Source: a virus
DNA length: 64,000 bases
Direction: 5' to 3' (one strand)
IMG/VR virus record: IMGVR_UViG_3300028578_000003
Coordinates: 32,001 to 96,000 of that record
Shown: in pieces, positions 44,801-54,393 of the stretch
Layout: every line of letters starts with the position of its first letter
Numbering within the stretch: position 1 is the first letter of the stretch
Notes under the pieces: model-generated
Told to the model about the DNA's origin: nothing
Databases searched by the model: none
The model's input: the letters and a program-made list of their open reading frames with translations, nothing else
Made by a program: the position numbers and the translations under genes

Positions 44801-47173
44801 GCGTTGGCGATGAACGGGCCGGGCGGCGCGGCCGGCGCCGCGCAGGCGGCGCAGGCCCGGCTGATCGGGTTGAGCGCGGGCGCCGAGGTAGCGGCCCGCA
44901 CCGGGTTCGCCCGGGTCCGGGACGCGGCGTTCGGTGCCGCCCTGGCCATGAACGGGCCAGCCGGGGTGGCCGGCGCCGTCCAGGTCGCGGGCGGCAAGCT
45001 GCGCGAGTTCGGGGCGTCGGCCGGCACGCACGCCGCCGGGGGTCTGAACGTGCTGCGGCGCAGCGCCGGGTCGCTGGTGGGGTTCCTCGGCGGCCCGTGG
45101 GGTGTGGCGATCGCCGCCGCGACCGTCGGCATCGGGATCCTCACCTCGAAGCAGGCTGACCAGAAGGCCAAGACCGACAGCCTGCGGGACGCGCTGGTCA
45201 GCTTGACCGACGCGTACGAGGAGATCACTGCCGGCAACTCGGGTGCGGTCGACGGGCTGGTGCGTAACAACGTCGCCCTGCAGAACCTGATCCTTAACGC
45301 CGAGCGGTACGGGTTGAAGATCAGGGACATCGTGGCCGCGATCGAGGGTGATGTGGGTGCCCGGGACAAGCTGATGAACTCCTACAACGCGGAGATCGGC
45401 CGGCTGGAGGAGTTGTTCGTCAAGTACAAGGAGCGGGAAGAGTGGTTTGGCACCAACGCTGAGGCGCAGGCCGCCCTGACCGCGGCGGGCGTCGAGAGCG
45501 GCGACGAGCTCCGGGACCGGATCATCCAGCTGAAGGGTGAGCGCGACGCGATCGGCGCGACCGTCGACGCGAACCGGAAGGCGAAAGACGCGGTCGAGGT
45601 GCTGACCGGCGCCGAGCAGCGGGCCGCGGACGTTCTGTTGGTGCACGCCAACAATGCCCGGTTCGGGGCGCAGGCGCAGGATCGGCTGGCCTACCAGTAC
45701 CAGGTCAACGCGGGCCGGATCGCGGCGCTGAACGGACTGGTCAACACGTTCGGTGACGTGCAGTCGACGGCGACCGCGAAAGCGGAGGCGTTGCGGGCCG
45801 CGATCGAGAACCAGACCGGCGCCGTCGTCAACTCCATCGAGCGGGAAGAGGCGTGGCGGCGCTCGCTGATCGACCTGTCCAAGTCGGTGGAGCAGAACGG
45901 TGCCACGCTGGCGCTGAACACGGCCGAGGGCCTCAACAACCGGGACATGTTGCAGGCGACGGCGCGGGCGATCAGGGAGATGTACCTCGAGGACATCGCC
46001 GCCGGTAAGCCAATCGCGGATGTCACAAAGGCCCACCAGGGTCGGATCGACAAGCTGAAAGAGGAAGCGCACCGGCTGGGTCTGGCCGAGGAAGAGACCA
46101 AGGTGCTGATCGACGCGTACGGCGGCGTCCCCGACAAGATCACCACGGTTTTGGAGACGAAGAAGTTCGACCAGGTCTACGACGAGCTGCAGAAGCTCCA
46201 GTTCGCGCAGTTCGCGTTGAAGATGGGCATGTCGCCGAAAGAGGCGGAGAAGCAGTGGGAGCGGGAGAGCAAGGGCACCCAGTTCCGCTCCCCTGACCGC
46301 AAGTCCGGTGGCGGCCTGATGCGCGGGCCGGGGACGACCACATCGGACTCGATCCCGGCGTTGCTGTCCAACCTGGAGTTCGTGGAGCCGGCCGATTCGG
46401 TCGACTACTACGGCGTGGGGCTGTTCGAGGCGCTGCGGCACAAGCGGATCCCGAAGGAAATGCTGCCCGGGTTCGCCGGTGGCGGCCTGGCGATCCGGGC
46501 CCCGTACCGGGTCGAGTTGAGCAAGACCCGGGTGCCTACGCTGGAAGAGGTGCTGTCGAAGGTGGTCCCGCAGCCTTCCGCTGGCGGGATCGGCTCCGAC
46601 GACATGATGAAGATCCTGCACGGGCGGTTCCGGGGGCTGCCGCTGTACTCGGGCTGGCGGCAGGGGTCGCGGACCGCCAACGGCAGCCTGTCGTACCACG
46701 CGATGATCGCCGCGGACGGGGACAAGGGCCGGGCGGTGGACATCCCACCCCGCAAGGACGTCTTCGACTACATCCACGACAACTTCTTCAAGCTCACCCG
46801 TGAGCTGATCTGGCTGGGCGACGCGGCCCGGAACATCCACAACGGGCAGCACCACCGGTACTCGCAGGCGCTGCTCAACCAGCACGGTGTGGCCGGAATG
46901 CCCAACGCCCACATCCACTGGGCCATGGATGAGGGCGGATTCCTTCAGCCGGGGTGGAACCCGCCGATCTGGAACGGCACCGGGCAGCCGGAGCCGGTGA
47001 TGTCCCCCGGCCAGTGGGAGGACCTGCACGAGCTGGCGCGGGCCGGCGCCGCGGCACCCCGCGACGGCAACACCTACCAGTTCACGTTCGCGAACACCAC
47101 GCTCACACCCGGCCGGCTGCGCGCCATGCAGGCGGCCGACGAGACGTTGGCCCGCATCGACCGTCCCCACTAG
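41891..47173 (+). CDS. tape measure protein with C-terminal peptidase-like domain
   Basis: About 1760 aa, Ala-rich helical; GPGTTTSDSIPA.LS..EFV; SYHA...GRAVD...HIH; MDEGG.L.PG...NGTGQPE. Confidence 0.92.
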   Translation: MGTKTFSAGTAFLTVVPSFLDVEEAFKKQVRDMAAAADRDLAAGMARGLKEANRQAKGAGAKAGSQFAGAYESEAKKTLVKAYRSLPEPQPGVNLRKWDKALAAVRGEMKELSEQQIGIDINQRDFDTAVDQMAKKLEELRGSAPTDRGWFNANQAAQALGELQRFTDEVKRRTGEAGEQSGSAFHQGMAKALRAGLSGLPPIKLTADSSDAERALEGLRQRMLTLQSKQIGVDIDAAAAYAELRAIYLELQRLDRTKVRVDIRTNAHEAAAGMTQFISAAEQAGRSTEGIGHRAQFSMSRLEYLIALGVSVGTAIVPAAAAAAGAIGFIGTAAIGAIAGLGVLALGTSGVADAVKALNGYQQDQLKSTNSLNQAQRRMAGAADQIRMAELSLANTRRNIAEQAEDAARRVADAERGVTDARREGRQQLVEAGRAVREAQRAVTEAEGDALDVREALNDAIREATRDMAELDTALKRNSHEQEQAVTAQMAALEDLNRLKANPRATEIELRRAKESYDEQTIRLEELRNKQRELADDKARADKLGVEGDRRVIQARERVADADERVARARERLDREVEQRREAEYQASRRIADAQRQLADAQRAQTRQQLDAQFQLAQATHSLESAKRSEAQAWEQAGVAGGAALEKLNEEMSQLSPAGQRFARFLFGLKDEVLRLRTAAAEPLLPRLEEAITHGLRYLPGFEKFVGKVAEKTGDLAIAAVDAFGNPVWRRFFSYVDARAVPALQTLFDTGSNLAQGLISLYLALTPFDEPVGTGLVELSRDFAQWAERLNRTQGYQDFLDYVAANGPRVVKFLGEVGELLIDLVVAAAPLGSVVLRALTAIVDVLNSIPQPALTALVIGIGLVSLGMTTLGAVMRVIKFRQQMMDIFGPRVAQMVQTYAVETGRATEATSRFGKATATVSGMAAAAATRVRVLGEASGAVNTQAGRLATTVEGPLRRGLDSVRTAAFNAALAMNGPGGAAGAAQAAQARLIGLSAGAEVAARTGFARVRDAAFGAALAMNGPAGVAGAVQVAGGKLREFGASAGTHAAGGLNVLRRSAGSLVGFLGGPWGVAIAAATVGIGILTSKQADQKAKTDSLRDALVSLTDAYEEITAGNSGAVDGLVRNNVALQNLILNAERYGLKIRDIVAAIEGDVGARDKLMNSYNAEIGRLEELFVKYKEREEWFGTNAEAQAALTAAGVESGDELRDRIIQLKGERDAIGATVDANRKAKDAVEVLTGAEQRAADVLLVHANNARFGAQAQDRLAYQYQVNAGRIAALNGLVNTFGDVQSTATAKAEALRAAIENQTGAVVNSIEREEAWRRSLIDLSKSVEQNGATLALNTAEGLNNRDMLQATARAIREMYLEDIAAGKPIADVTKAHQGRIDKLKEEAHRLGLAEEETKVLIDAYGGVPDKITTVLETKKFDQVYDELQKLQFAQFALKMGMSPKEAEKQWERESKGTQFRSPDRKSGGGLMRGPGTTTSDSIPALLSNLEFVEPADSVDYYGVGLFEALRHKRIPKEMLPGFAGGGLAIRAPYRVELSKTRVPTLEEVLSKVVPQPSAGGIGSDDMMKILHGRFRGLPLYSGWRQGSRTANGSLSYHAMIAADGDKGRAVDIPPRKDVFDYIHDNFFKLTRELIWLGDAARNIHNGQHHRYSQALLNQHGVAGMPNAHIHWAMDEGGFLQPGWNPPIWNGTGQPEPVMSPGQWEDLHELARAGAAAPRDGNTYQFTFANTTLTPGRLRAMQAADETLARIDRPH

Positions 47174-47298
47174 CGACGAACGGACTCAACCCCGATGGCG
47201 GTAGGGGTTGGGTCCGTTCGTGTGTGGGCCAGCCGGTAACAGGCCCCGGTGCAACAGCGTACGACCCGGTTCCACGCGAGCGAGGAGGAGGGTCGCAC

Positions 47299-48192
47299 GT
47301 GAGCTTCGCCTCGGAGATCGGCACCATGTACGCCACCTGGACGGACCCGACCGGGCAGGTCTGGGAGTTGACGAACGTCGACGACGACTCCGGTTGGTTC
47401 ACGACGAACGGGCCCGGCGGGTGGGGCGCCGTCGAGTACGAGATCATCCTCGACCCGCTCGCCAGCGGCGGCGGCGAGCCCCGGTTCATCCGTGCCGAGA
47501 GCGGCCGGGTCACGTGGCCGCTGTACATCGCCGGCGACACGCACATGGAGTTCCTGACCCGCTATCGGGCCATCAAACGCGCCATCCTCATGACCGTCCA
47601 CCGTGGACAGCTAGGGGTGCTGCGGGTGGCCCGGCCCGACGGTTCAGCCAGGGAACTGAGATGTTTCTATGAGTCGGGTTTGCGGGGTGAGCCCGGCGAA
47701 AACTGGGTCAAAGCCCAGCCCGTGGTCACGTTCCTCGCGCCGGACGGCTACTGGCGCGACGTCGAAGAGACCGTCATCGAGCACTCCTACGTCGGCACGC
47801 CGGTCTCGTTCTTCGACCCGTTCTTCACCGTCTCCGACTCGCAGGTGCTGGGCGAAGCCACGATCACCAACGTCGGAGACGTTGACGCGTGGCCGGAATG
47901 GACCATCACCGGGCCGATGACCTCGATCGCCGCCACCAACCACACCACCGGCAAGGCGTTCACCCTCGACCACGCCCTGACCTCCGGCGAGCAGATCACC
48001 ATCCGGACCGCGCGGCCGCGGCCGATGGTCCGCGGCCCAGCCGACATCAACCTGGTCGGTGCCCTGAACTGGCCAGCCGCCCAGTTGTGGCCTCTCATCC
48101 CCGACCTCAACGAGATCGAGTTCGACGTCGCCGGCGCGGCCGCCGGCACGAAGACGCAGTTGCGCTACTTCAACCGGTACGACGGGGCGTAG
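47299..48192 (+). CDS. distal tail protein (Dit-like)
   Basis: Follows TMP; G.LRV.RPDG..R, APDGYW, NVGDVDAWP.WTITGP. Confidence 0.8.
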   Translation: MSFASEIGTMYATWTDPTGQVWELTNVDDDSGWFTTNGPGGWGAVEYEIILDPLASGGGEPRFIRAESGRVTWPLYIAGDTHMEFLTRYRAIKRAILMTVHRGQLGVLRVARPDGSARELRCFYESGLRGEPGENWVKAQPVVTFLAPDGYWRDVEETVIEHSYVGTPVSFFDPFFTVSDSQVLGEATITNVGDVDAWPEWTITGPMTSIAATNHTTGKAFTLDHALTSGEQITIRTARPRPMVRGPADINLVGALNWPAAQLWPLIPDLNEIEFDVAGAAAGTKTQLRYFNRYDGA

Positions 48193-48194
48193 AG

Positions 48195-49385
48195 ATGACC
48201 GAACCGCAGATCACCCTCAACGACCTGGCCGACTACACCCTCCTGATCACCGACCGGAACCTTGTGCCGGTCGGTGACCCGGTCTGTTGCTGGACCCAGC
48301 TGGACGCCACGCTGCGCTTCAACGAACCCGCGTCCGGGTTCTTCACTTCCCCCGGTCTGCCATGGGTACGGCAGCAGATCTCACCCGGCAACCGCGTGGT
48401 CGTCATCCGCAACGGCGACGTCTTCACCGCGGGCCCGATCGAGTCCAGCAACTTCGAGCGCTCGGACGACGGCGAGAACGCCGGCCTGGGCAACATCCGG
48501 GTCAACTTCACCGACGACCTTATGTGGGCCGCTGGCCGGCTCGCCTACCCAGACCCGGACGTCGCGCCCGCCCTGCAGGTCATCGACAACTGGACCTTCT
48601 CCGGCAACGCCGAGCTGGCCATCCGCGAGCTGGTCGACGCCAGCGCCGGGCCGAGCGCCCGCAGCGAGCGGCGGGTGCCGCAGCTGGTACTGGGGTCGCT
48701 GGCCAGCGTCGGATCCACCATCGACGCCAAGGCCGCCCTGTTCGAGCCGGTGCTCGACGTCGTGCGCCGCATGGCCCTGGCCGGCGGCGGGCTCGGCGTC
48801 CGCACCCGGCAGGTCGGCGACCAGATCCTGGTCGAGACCTACGACCCACCGGACGTCTCCGGCACCGTCCGGTTCGGCTTCGAATGGGGGAACGCGAAGT
48901 ACCTGGCGTACGAGATGAACGGCCCCACGGTCACCGCGGCCCTGGTCGGCGGGCAGGGCGACGGCGCCGACCGGCTCGTCATCGAGCGGACCAACGCGGC
49001 CGCCGAAGCCGCCTGGGGGCGTATCGAGCGGCTGGTGTCGCGGCCCGGTTCCAGCCCGACCGCCGAACTGGAGGAGGCCGGGGACCAGGAGCTCGCCGAG
49101 GGTGCGGAGACCGCGCGGATCCCCGCGAACGTGGCCGACACCCCCGACATGCGGTACGGCCAGCACTACACCCTCGGTTCGGTCGTGGCGCAGGAGACCT
49201 ACCCCGGTGAGCAGGTCATCGACATCGTCCGGTCCGTGCACCTGCAGGCGTGGGCTACCGCGGGTGAGATCTTCGCCCCCGTCGTCGGCTCCCAGGCCGC
49301 GACCGCCGACCCGGTCTCGGTGCGCAGGCTACGCGCGATGGACCGGCGTATCGGCCGGCTGGAACGCACCACCAGCTCGGTGTAG
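48195..49385 (+). CDS. minor tail / baseplate hub protein (ReqiPepy6 Gp37-like)
   Basis: LRFNE, VGGQG.G..R, WGRIE, YG..Y.LG. Confidence 0.8.
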   Translation: MTEPQITLNDLADYTLLITDRNLVPVGDPVCCWTQLDATLRFNEPASGFFTSPGLPWVRQQISPGNRVVVIRNGDVFTAGPIESSNFERSDDGENAGLGNIRVNFTDDLMWAAGRLAYPDPDVAPALQVIDNWTFSGNAELAIRELVDASAGPSARSERRVPQLVLGSLASVGSTIDAKAALFEPVLDVVRRMALAGGGLGVRTRQVGDQILVETYDPPDVSGTVRFGFEWGNAKYLAYEMNGPTVTAALVGGQGDGADRLVIERTNAAAEAAWGRIERLVSRPGSSPTAELEEAGDQELAEGAETARIPANVADTPDMRYGQHYTLGSVVAQETYPGEQVIDIVRSVHLQAWATAGEIFAPVVGSQAATADPVSVRRLRAMDRRIGRLERTTSSV

Positions 49386-49471
49386 CCACCCACCCTAAGT
49401 CCGTTCCTGATCAGCCCGGCGCGCTTGGTGCGCCGCCGGGCCGCTCACGCCTGTCCGAAGGAGGGATCCCC

Positions 49472-50584
49472 TTGGCCGAGTCTTCGTGGCCGGCGTCCAC
49501 CCACAACTCCGGCGCCGTCAACGCCGGCGCCGAGTACGAGATGGTCGGCCGGTACGCCATGGCCGGAGACGGCATCGCCGGCGTTCCCAGCGACCCCGCG
49601 ATCGCGTACGCCGACGGCTCAGCCCGGCAGGTGACGATCCGCGCGAACCGGTTCGTGACTCTGTGGGGACGGGTGTGGAGCAGCGGCACCACCGACATCA
49701 TCAAGGCCATCTCGGCGAACACGTCCGGGTCGACGCGCGTCGACCTGCTCGTGCTCGAGCTGGCCCGGTCGAGCGGCGCCATCACCAACAAGATCGTGGC
49801 CGGCACACCCGGGGCCGGAGCGCCGGCCATCACCTCCAACGGGTCCATCCACCAGTACGCGGTCCTCGAGGTGACGGTTCCGAACAACGCCTCGGTCATC
49901 CTGGCCGGCAACGTGAAGGTCGTCGCCCGGTTGAACCGGTCCGTGATCCGCCAGGTGCTCCTGGCCGGCGAGACATGGGTGAAGCCGATCAACGCCCGCG
50001 GTCACCTCGTGCAGGCGCAGGCCGGGGGCGGCGGCAGCGGCGGCGTGCCCGCCACCTCGGCCGGTGAGACCGCGTTGGGCGCCCCCGGCGGGGGTGGCGG
50101 CTACTGCGAGAAGTACTTCGACTCCGCCGACATCACCGACACCGTTGTGGTGACCATGGGTGCGGCCGGCGCCGCCGGGGCGGCCGGCACCAGCCCTGGC
50201 GGCAACGCCGGAAACGTCACGTTCGGCGCGTACCTGACCGCCAACGGCGGCGGCGGCGGCGAGGGCGGCGACAACACCAGCGGCAACTTCCTCGCGGCCG
50301 GCGGCAGCGGCGGCGCCGCCAGCGGCGGCGACATCAACATCCCCGGCGGTGACGGCTCGAACAGTCAGGTCCACAGCGGTCAAGCGCTACGCGGTGGACT
50401 GTGCGGCCGCTCGCACCTGTCCGGTCAGGGCCGGATCACCGCGGTGACCACTGGCGCGGTCGGCGGCGTCGGCGCCAACTACGGCGGCGGTGCCGGGCCC
50501 GCCTTCAACAACGGCGCGGGCCAGGCCGCCCGGGCGGGCGCGGTCGGCGGCGCCCCCATCGTGATCATCACCACGTACTTCTAA
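49472..50584 (+). CDS. minor tail protein with glycine-rich C-terminal domain
   Basis: ESSWP, ANTSGSTRVDL.V, GGGGGSGG...GGGGGY. Confidence 0.8.
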   Translation: MAESSWPASTHNSGAVNAGAEYEMVGRYAMAGDGIAGVPSDPAIAYADGSARQVTIRANRFVTLWGRVWSSGTTDIIKAISANTSGSTRVDLLVLELARSSGAITNKIVAGTPGAGAPAITSNGSIHQYAVLEVTVPNNASVILAGNVKVVARLNRSVIRQVLLAGETWVKPINARGHLVQAQAGGGGSGGVPATSAGETALGAPGGGGGYCEKYFDSADITDTVVVTMGAAGAAGAAGTSPGGNAGNVTFGAYLTANGGGGGEGGDNTSGNFLAAGGSGGAASGGDINIPGGDGSNSQVHSGQALRGGLCGRSHLSGQGRITAVTTGAVGGVGANYGGGAGPAFNNGAGQAARAGAVGGAPIVIITTYF

Positions 50585-50607
50585 GGCGGCGGTGAAGGGG
50601 TGTCCAC

Positions 50608-50934
50608 ATGCTGCTGTCCACCACCACCTACCTGTACGCCCTCGCGAGTGCGGCGGAGGCGACCCCCACCGGGCTGGTCGACCTCGCGCAGTACGGCGTA
50701 CTCGGCATCGTCGCCGTCGGACTGATCGTCTTCGCCAGGAACGCGCACAAACGCGAACAAGACCGGGCCGATCGGATGGAAGCCGAAAACCGACGACTCA
50801 ACGAGTTACTCCTGGAGCGGGTCATCCCGGCGCTGACGTCCGCCACGCACGCCGCCAAGCAGTCCGCCGACCTGCTGCAGGCCATGCAGGAAGAACGTCA
50901 ATACAGCCGACGGCCAAGAGGCGGAGGCAGTTGA
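50608..50934 (+). CDS. membrane protein (lysis cassette)
   Basis: QYGVLGIVAVGLIVFA transmembrane segment followed by a coiled coil. Confidence 0.7.
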   Translation: MLLSTTTYLYALASAAEATPTGLVDLAQYGVLGIVAVGLIVFARNAHKREQDRADRMEAENRRLNELLLERVIPALTSATHAAKQSADLLQAMQEERQYSRRPRGGGS

Positions 50935-51104
50935 TGCCCACACCACAAGAATCCGGTGCTGTGGAGAACCGGCTGGTCCTGGTCGCCGAAGGCCTTGACC
51001 AGGCCGTCGCCGACCTCCAGCGCCTGGTGCAGGAACTCAAGGGCGAGCTCTTAGCCGCCACCGAACACCCTAAACCGCAGGCGAGCGAGGGGGAACAGCG
51101 ATGA
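50934..51104 (+). CDS. small coiled-coil protein
   Basis: TGATG overlap; SD GGAGG. Confidence 0.6.
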   Translation: MPTPQESGAVENRLVLVAEGLDQAVADLQRLVQELKGELLAATEHPKPQASEGEQR

Positions 51105-51607
51105 ACGCAATCGACCGCGCCGGGCCCGGGGGTGAGCCCACCGCGCTCGAACAGGCCCTGACCACCCTTGTGACGTCCCTGACCAACCTCGGGACAGAGG
51201 TCCGCGCCCTGCGGCTGGACGTGCAGGCCGGCGAGAGGCGCCGTAAGCGGGGCCAGAAGTGGATCGGTGCCGGCGTCGTCGTGGTGATCACGCTCGTGGC
51301 CCTGCTCGGTGTCGTGTCCTGGCAGAACCGTAAGGTCCTCGACTCGACCAGCCAGACCAACGAGACGATCCTGGAGTGCACGACGCCGGGCAGGCAGTGC
51401 TACGAGGAGGGTCGCAAGCGCACCGCCGAGGCGTTCCAGTACGTGCTCCTCGTGAGTATCTACATGGGACAGTGCGCGCGGCTCTACCCGGATGAGGCCG
51501 GACCGACCTACGACCGCAAGCTCAAAGAGTGCGTGCTCACCCGGCTGGGTCTTCCCGCCACGAGCCCGTCACCGTCGCCTACTCCCGCGCCCACTGGCGG
51601 CGGGTGA
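51101..51607 (+). CDS. single-pass membrane protein (lysis cassette)
   Basis: One transmembrane segment; CTTPG..CY and two more Cys. Confidence 0.7.
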   Translation: MNAIDRAGPGGEPTALEQALTTLVTSLTNLGTEVRALRLDVQAGERRRKRGQKWIGAGVVVVITLVALLGVVSWQNRKVLDSTSQTNETILECTTPGRQCYEEGRKRTAEAFQYVLLVSIYMGQCARLYPDEAGPTYDRKLKECVLTRLGLPATSPSPSPTPAPTGGG

Positions 51608-51636
51608 TCCCACCACACTCCACCGAGGGAGAGATC

Positions 51637-52020
51637 ATGAGTTCGTACCCTCAGGCGCCGGACCCCGGCCACGACCCGCGCGGGTTCCTCGTGGACCTGC
51701 TCGGCCGCCACTTCCCGCCCGGCCTGGTCGAGTCGACGATCCGGACCTGGGTGCCGATCACTATCGGCGCGCTGCTGTCCTGGATCAACGCCAACTACAC
51801 GATCGCGGTGCTGCCGAACCGGCCGTCCGCGACCGCGGTGATCGTCGCGACCGGTGTGGTCACCGCCGGCTACTACGCGCTGGCCCGGGTGGTCGAGCGC
51901 CGGTTTCCCCGGGTCGGCCAGTGGATGCTGGCGTTGAACCTGGTCAAGGCGAAACCGGTCTACGCGACGCCGGCTGAGACGGTCCGCATCGTAGGCCCGG
52001 ACGGGGTCCGCAGCGCCTAG
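51637..52020 (+). CDS. putative holin
   Basis: S.IRTWVP..IG.LL.W...YY..AR.VE...P..G..L; two transmembrane segments. Confidence 0.7.
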   Translation: MSSYPQAPDPGHDPRGFLVDLLGRHFPPGLVESTIRTWVPITIGALLSWINANYTIAVLPNRPSATAVIVATGVVTAGYYALARVVERRFPRVGQWMLALNLVKAKPVYATPAETVRIVGPDGVRSA

Positions 52021-52169
52021 ATGGTGGCCGGCCCGAGATGGTGCAGGCAGGCGGCCGCGGCGAGCGCCAGCCCGAGCGCGGCCGCGCACGCGGCCAGGAA
52101 CCCGATGCCGGCAAGCGTCACCCGGACCCAGTAACGGCCGAGCAACGCCCGGACCCATTGACGGCTCAT
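52017..52169 (-). CDS. small membrane protein
   Basis: MSRQWVRALLG... with a hydrophobic helix; SD GGAAGG. Confidence 0.45.
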   Translation of the reverse strand: MSRQWVRALLGRYWVRVTLAGIGFLAACAAALGLALAAAACLHHLGPATI

Positions 52170-52234
52170 GTTGTGTGCGCCTTCCTGATTGGACCGGTCA
52201 GCGTATAGCCGCCGACCGCTCGTAACCCACGAAA

Positions 52235-52277
52235 TGGCCCCGCTCGCACCCATCAGGGTGCGGGCGGGGCCGTTTTT
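52235..52277. terminator. probable bidirectional terminator where the arms converge
   Basis: GGCCCCGCTCGCACCC-ATCA-GGGTGCGGGCGGGGCC then TTTTT; AAA upstream. Confidence 0.7.
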
Positions 52278-52299
52278 GTGTTCGCGTCGTCTCTTCCGG

Positions 52300-52515
52300 T
52301 TACCGGTTGCTGATGACCTGGTCGACGACGTGCCAGGCCCGGACGGTGCTGGCGACCAGAAGCGCGGCCATACCCAGCCCGACCACGGCGACGGCGGCCC
52401 GCCCGGCGAGCCCCATCCGGGGCCGGGCCTCCCAGGGCGGAAGGCCCGGGCTCGTGTACGGGTCCGCGGACAACGGCTGGTCGCCCTGTTCCGCGTCGTA
52501 CCTGTCCGACCACAT
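52300..52515 (-). CDS. small membrane protein
   Basis: C-terminal hydrophobic helix; immediately after the endolysin. Confidence 0.55.
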   Translation of the reverse strand: MWSDRYDAEQGDQPLSADPYTSPGLPPWEARPRMGLAGRAAVAVVGLGMAALLVASTVRAWHVVDQVISNR

Positions 52516-52518
52516 CGT

Positions 52519-53424
52519 TCAGCCGGTGGTGGTGAGCAGTTGGCCGACCTCGTTCGCCTTGTCGCCGAGCTCCTGACGGAGCCAGTCGGCGATCTGCTGC
52601 GGGGTGTCGCCAGCGAACAGGGCCACGGCCCGCTCCGGCAACGCCTCGATCCCGTCCTGCAGGGCGGTCAGGTCCTGCTGCAGCTGCGCCTTGGTGGCCT
52701 CGTCGACGTTGCCGACCGCGGTGGCGAGCGCCTTGACCGCGCCGGTCATCCAGGCGGCCCAGACCTGCAGCGGCACCCGGCCGGAGCCGGCGGGGTTGGG
52801 GATGCCCCTGGTCACCGCGAAGACGATGTCGCGGAATTCCTTGGACTGTTCCGGGGTCATGTCTGTCTCCGTCCTGGCCTGCCAGTCGGCAAGCTTCTCT
52901 CCACGTAGGACGGACAGCACGCCGTCGAGGGCGGCCCAGTCCTCGCAGAACTGCCTGATGATCGAGAGGTGGATATGCCACAGGTGGGTCTCGTCGCGAC
53001 CCGGGTCCGGGCCCGCGTCCGCGCCGACGCCGAGCGGCAGGCCACCGACCAGCACGTAGCAGTAGACGGTGCGGTTGTCCTTGGTGCCGATGAACTCACG
53101 CAGCACCGGTCCGCGGGGGGTGTAGAGGCGCACGTCGCGGGCCCGGGCGGCGGCGTCGAGCCGGCCGGTGTACTTGCGCATCGCGGCGTCGGACAGGGTC
53201 AGGTCGATCGCCGACGCTTTGGCTCCCGAGCCGAGCTTGTCGGCGGGGACGTGGCGGCCAGTCGAGTAGTCCAGCAGCCGCAACGCGTTGCGGTAGTTGT
53301 GGTACCCGTCCTTGGACGCGTACACGCCGCTGAGCAGGGCGGACGACTCGATCTCGTCGAAGTCGGTCCACAGTCGCCAGATCGCGGCCGAGATCTGGTC
53401 CGTGTTCGGGTTATGCGCCGCCAT
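52519..53424 (-). CDS. endolysin, zinc peptidase (M15-like)
   Basis: GYHN...ASAIDLT...D..HLWHIHLS. Confidence 0.75.
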   Translation of the reverse strand: MAAHNPNTDQISAAIWRLWTDFDEIESSALLSGVYASKDGYHNYRNALRLLDYSTGRHVPADKLGSGAKASAIDLTLSDAAMRKYTGRLDAAARARDVRLYTPRGPVLREFIGTKDNRTVYCYVLVGGLPLGVGADAGPDPGRDETHLWHIHLSIIRQFCEDWAALDGVLSVLRGEKLADWQARTETDMTPEQSKEFRDIVFAVTRGIPNPAGSGRVPLQVWAAWMTGAVKALATAVGNVDEATKAQLQQDLTALQDGIEALPERAVALFAGDTPQQIADWLRQELGDKANEVGQLLTTTG

Positions 53425-53671
53425 CGTCGCCCTCGCCCTCGCCGGGGACAGCGATCACGTCGTACTCGTCGCCGACCGCGGCCTGGATCGCCCGGCCGCC
53501 GTCGAGTTCGCGGCCCTGCTCCTCGCGGACGTGGAAGCCGTCGTCGCGCCAGTCGTACAGCCAGGCTCGGCTGGCTGTCTTGTCGGCGGCCAGGAACCCG
53601 GCCGGGTACCGGCTGGCCCGCTCCTGGCCGTTGAGCGGTCCGCCGTGACATGTGCCCTTCAGCAGCCCCAC
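53411..53671 (-). CDS. hypothetical protein
   Basis: G.C.GGPL.G; SD GGGAGG; overlaps the endolysin start. Confidence 0.65.
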   Translation of the reverse strand: MGLLKGTCHGGPLNGQERASRYPAGFLAADKTASRAWLYDWRDDGFHVREEQGRELDGGRAIQAAVGDEYDVIAVPGEGEGDDGGA

Positions 53672-53829
53672 CGGCCCACCTCCCCCATCAATTCGCTACC
53701 CATGCCGCGAAAACCACCATATAGGACGGGTCGGACTCTTTTCGGGTCATGGGATTACGAAAAGGCGGCGGCCACCGCCGACCTCAGCCGACGTGGTGGC
53801 CACCGCCTCAAGGCGCGGGTGAGGTTGGT

Positions 53830-54393
53830 CTAGATGTCGTTCCAGCGAACCTGCGCGGCTGTTTCCGCCAGCGCCTTCCTCGCCTGCGCCAGCGCCTCAG
53901 GCCAGGCGACAACCAGGTTGTCGACGTACACCGAGTCCTGGTTTTTCAGCCGACCGTCGTTGGTGATCGCCCCACACGCGTCCTCGAAGGTGTCGAACAC
54001 GTGCATCTCGCTGCCCCCGTCCCGGTAGACGTCGAGAAGCTGTATGTCGCGGTAGAAGGCGCACAAGGCGACCACGAACCGACCGCGCTCGGTCTCCGCG
54101 ATGTGGATCGTCCAGCCCTTGCTGTACTTGCCGCCAGCGCCCTGGTCCTCGGGGATGTGTGGCAGGCCGGGCGGGTCGGTGAGCCACCGGCCGGCGAAAC
54201 GCTCCCGGCGTACGAGCTTGACGCCGTCGTGGATCCGCACCTCGCACGCCTCGGTCCCGCCGAGGTGAGCCGCGAGCGCGGACTCGACGAACGTCGAGAG
54301 GGGGACACCGGCCCGCCTGGCGTTCGCGGTGGCGCGCTCCCACAGCGTCTCGCTCTCCGGGCCGACGCTCAGGGTCCGATTCTTGGTCGCCAT
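53830..54393 (-). CDS. ribbon-helix-helix protein resembling the EXLDI family
   Basis: NRTLSV...LWERA...LSTFVESAL, RF.GRWL, T.RGRFV, VFDTFE, C-terminal WNDI. Confidence 0.55.
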   Translation of the reverse strand: MATKNRTLSVGPESETLWERATANARRAGVPLSTFVESALAAHLGGTEACEVRIHDGVKLVRRERFAGRWLTDPPGLPHIPEDQGAGGKYSKGWTIHIAETERGRFVVALCAFYRDIQLLDVYRDGGSEMHVFDTFEDACGAITNDGRLKNQDSVYVDNLVVAWPEALAQARKALAETAAQVRWNDI

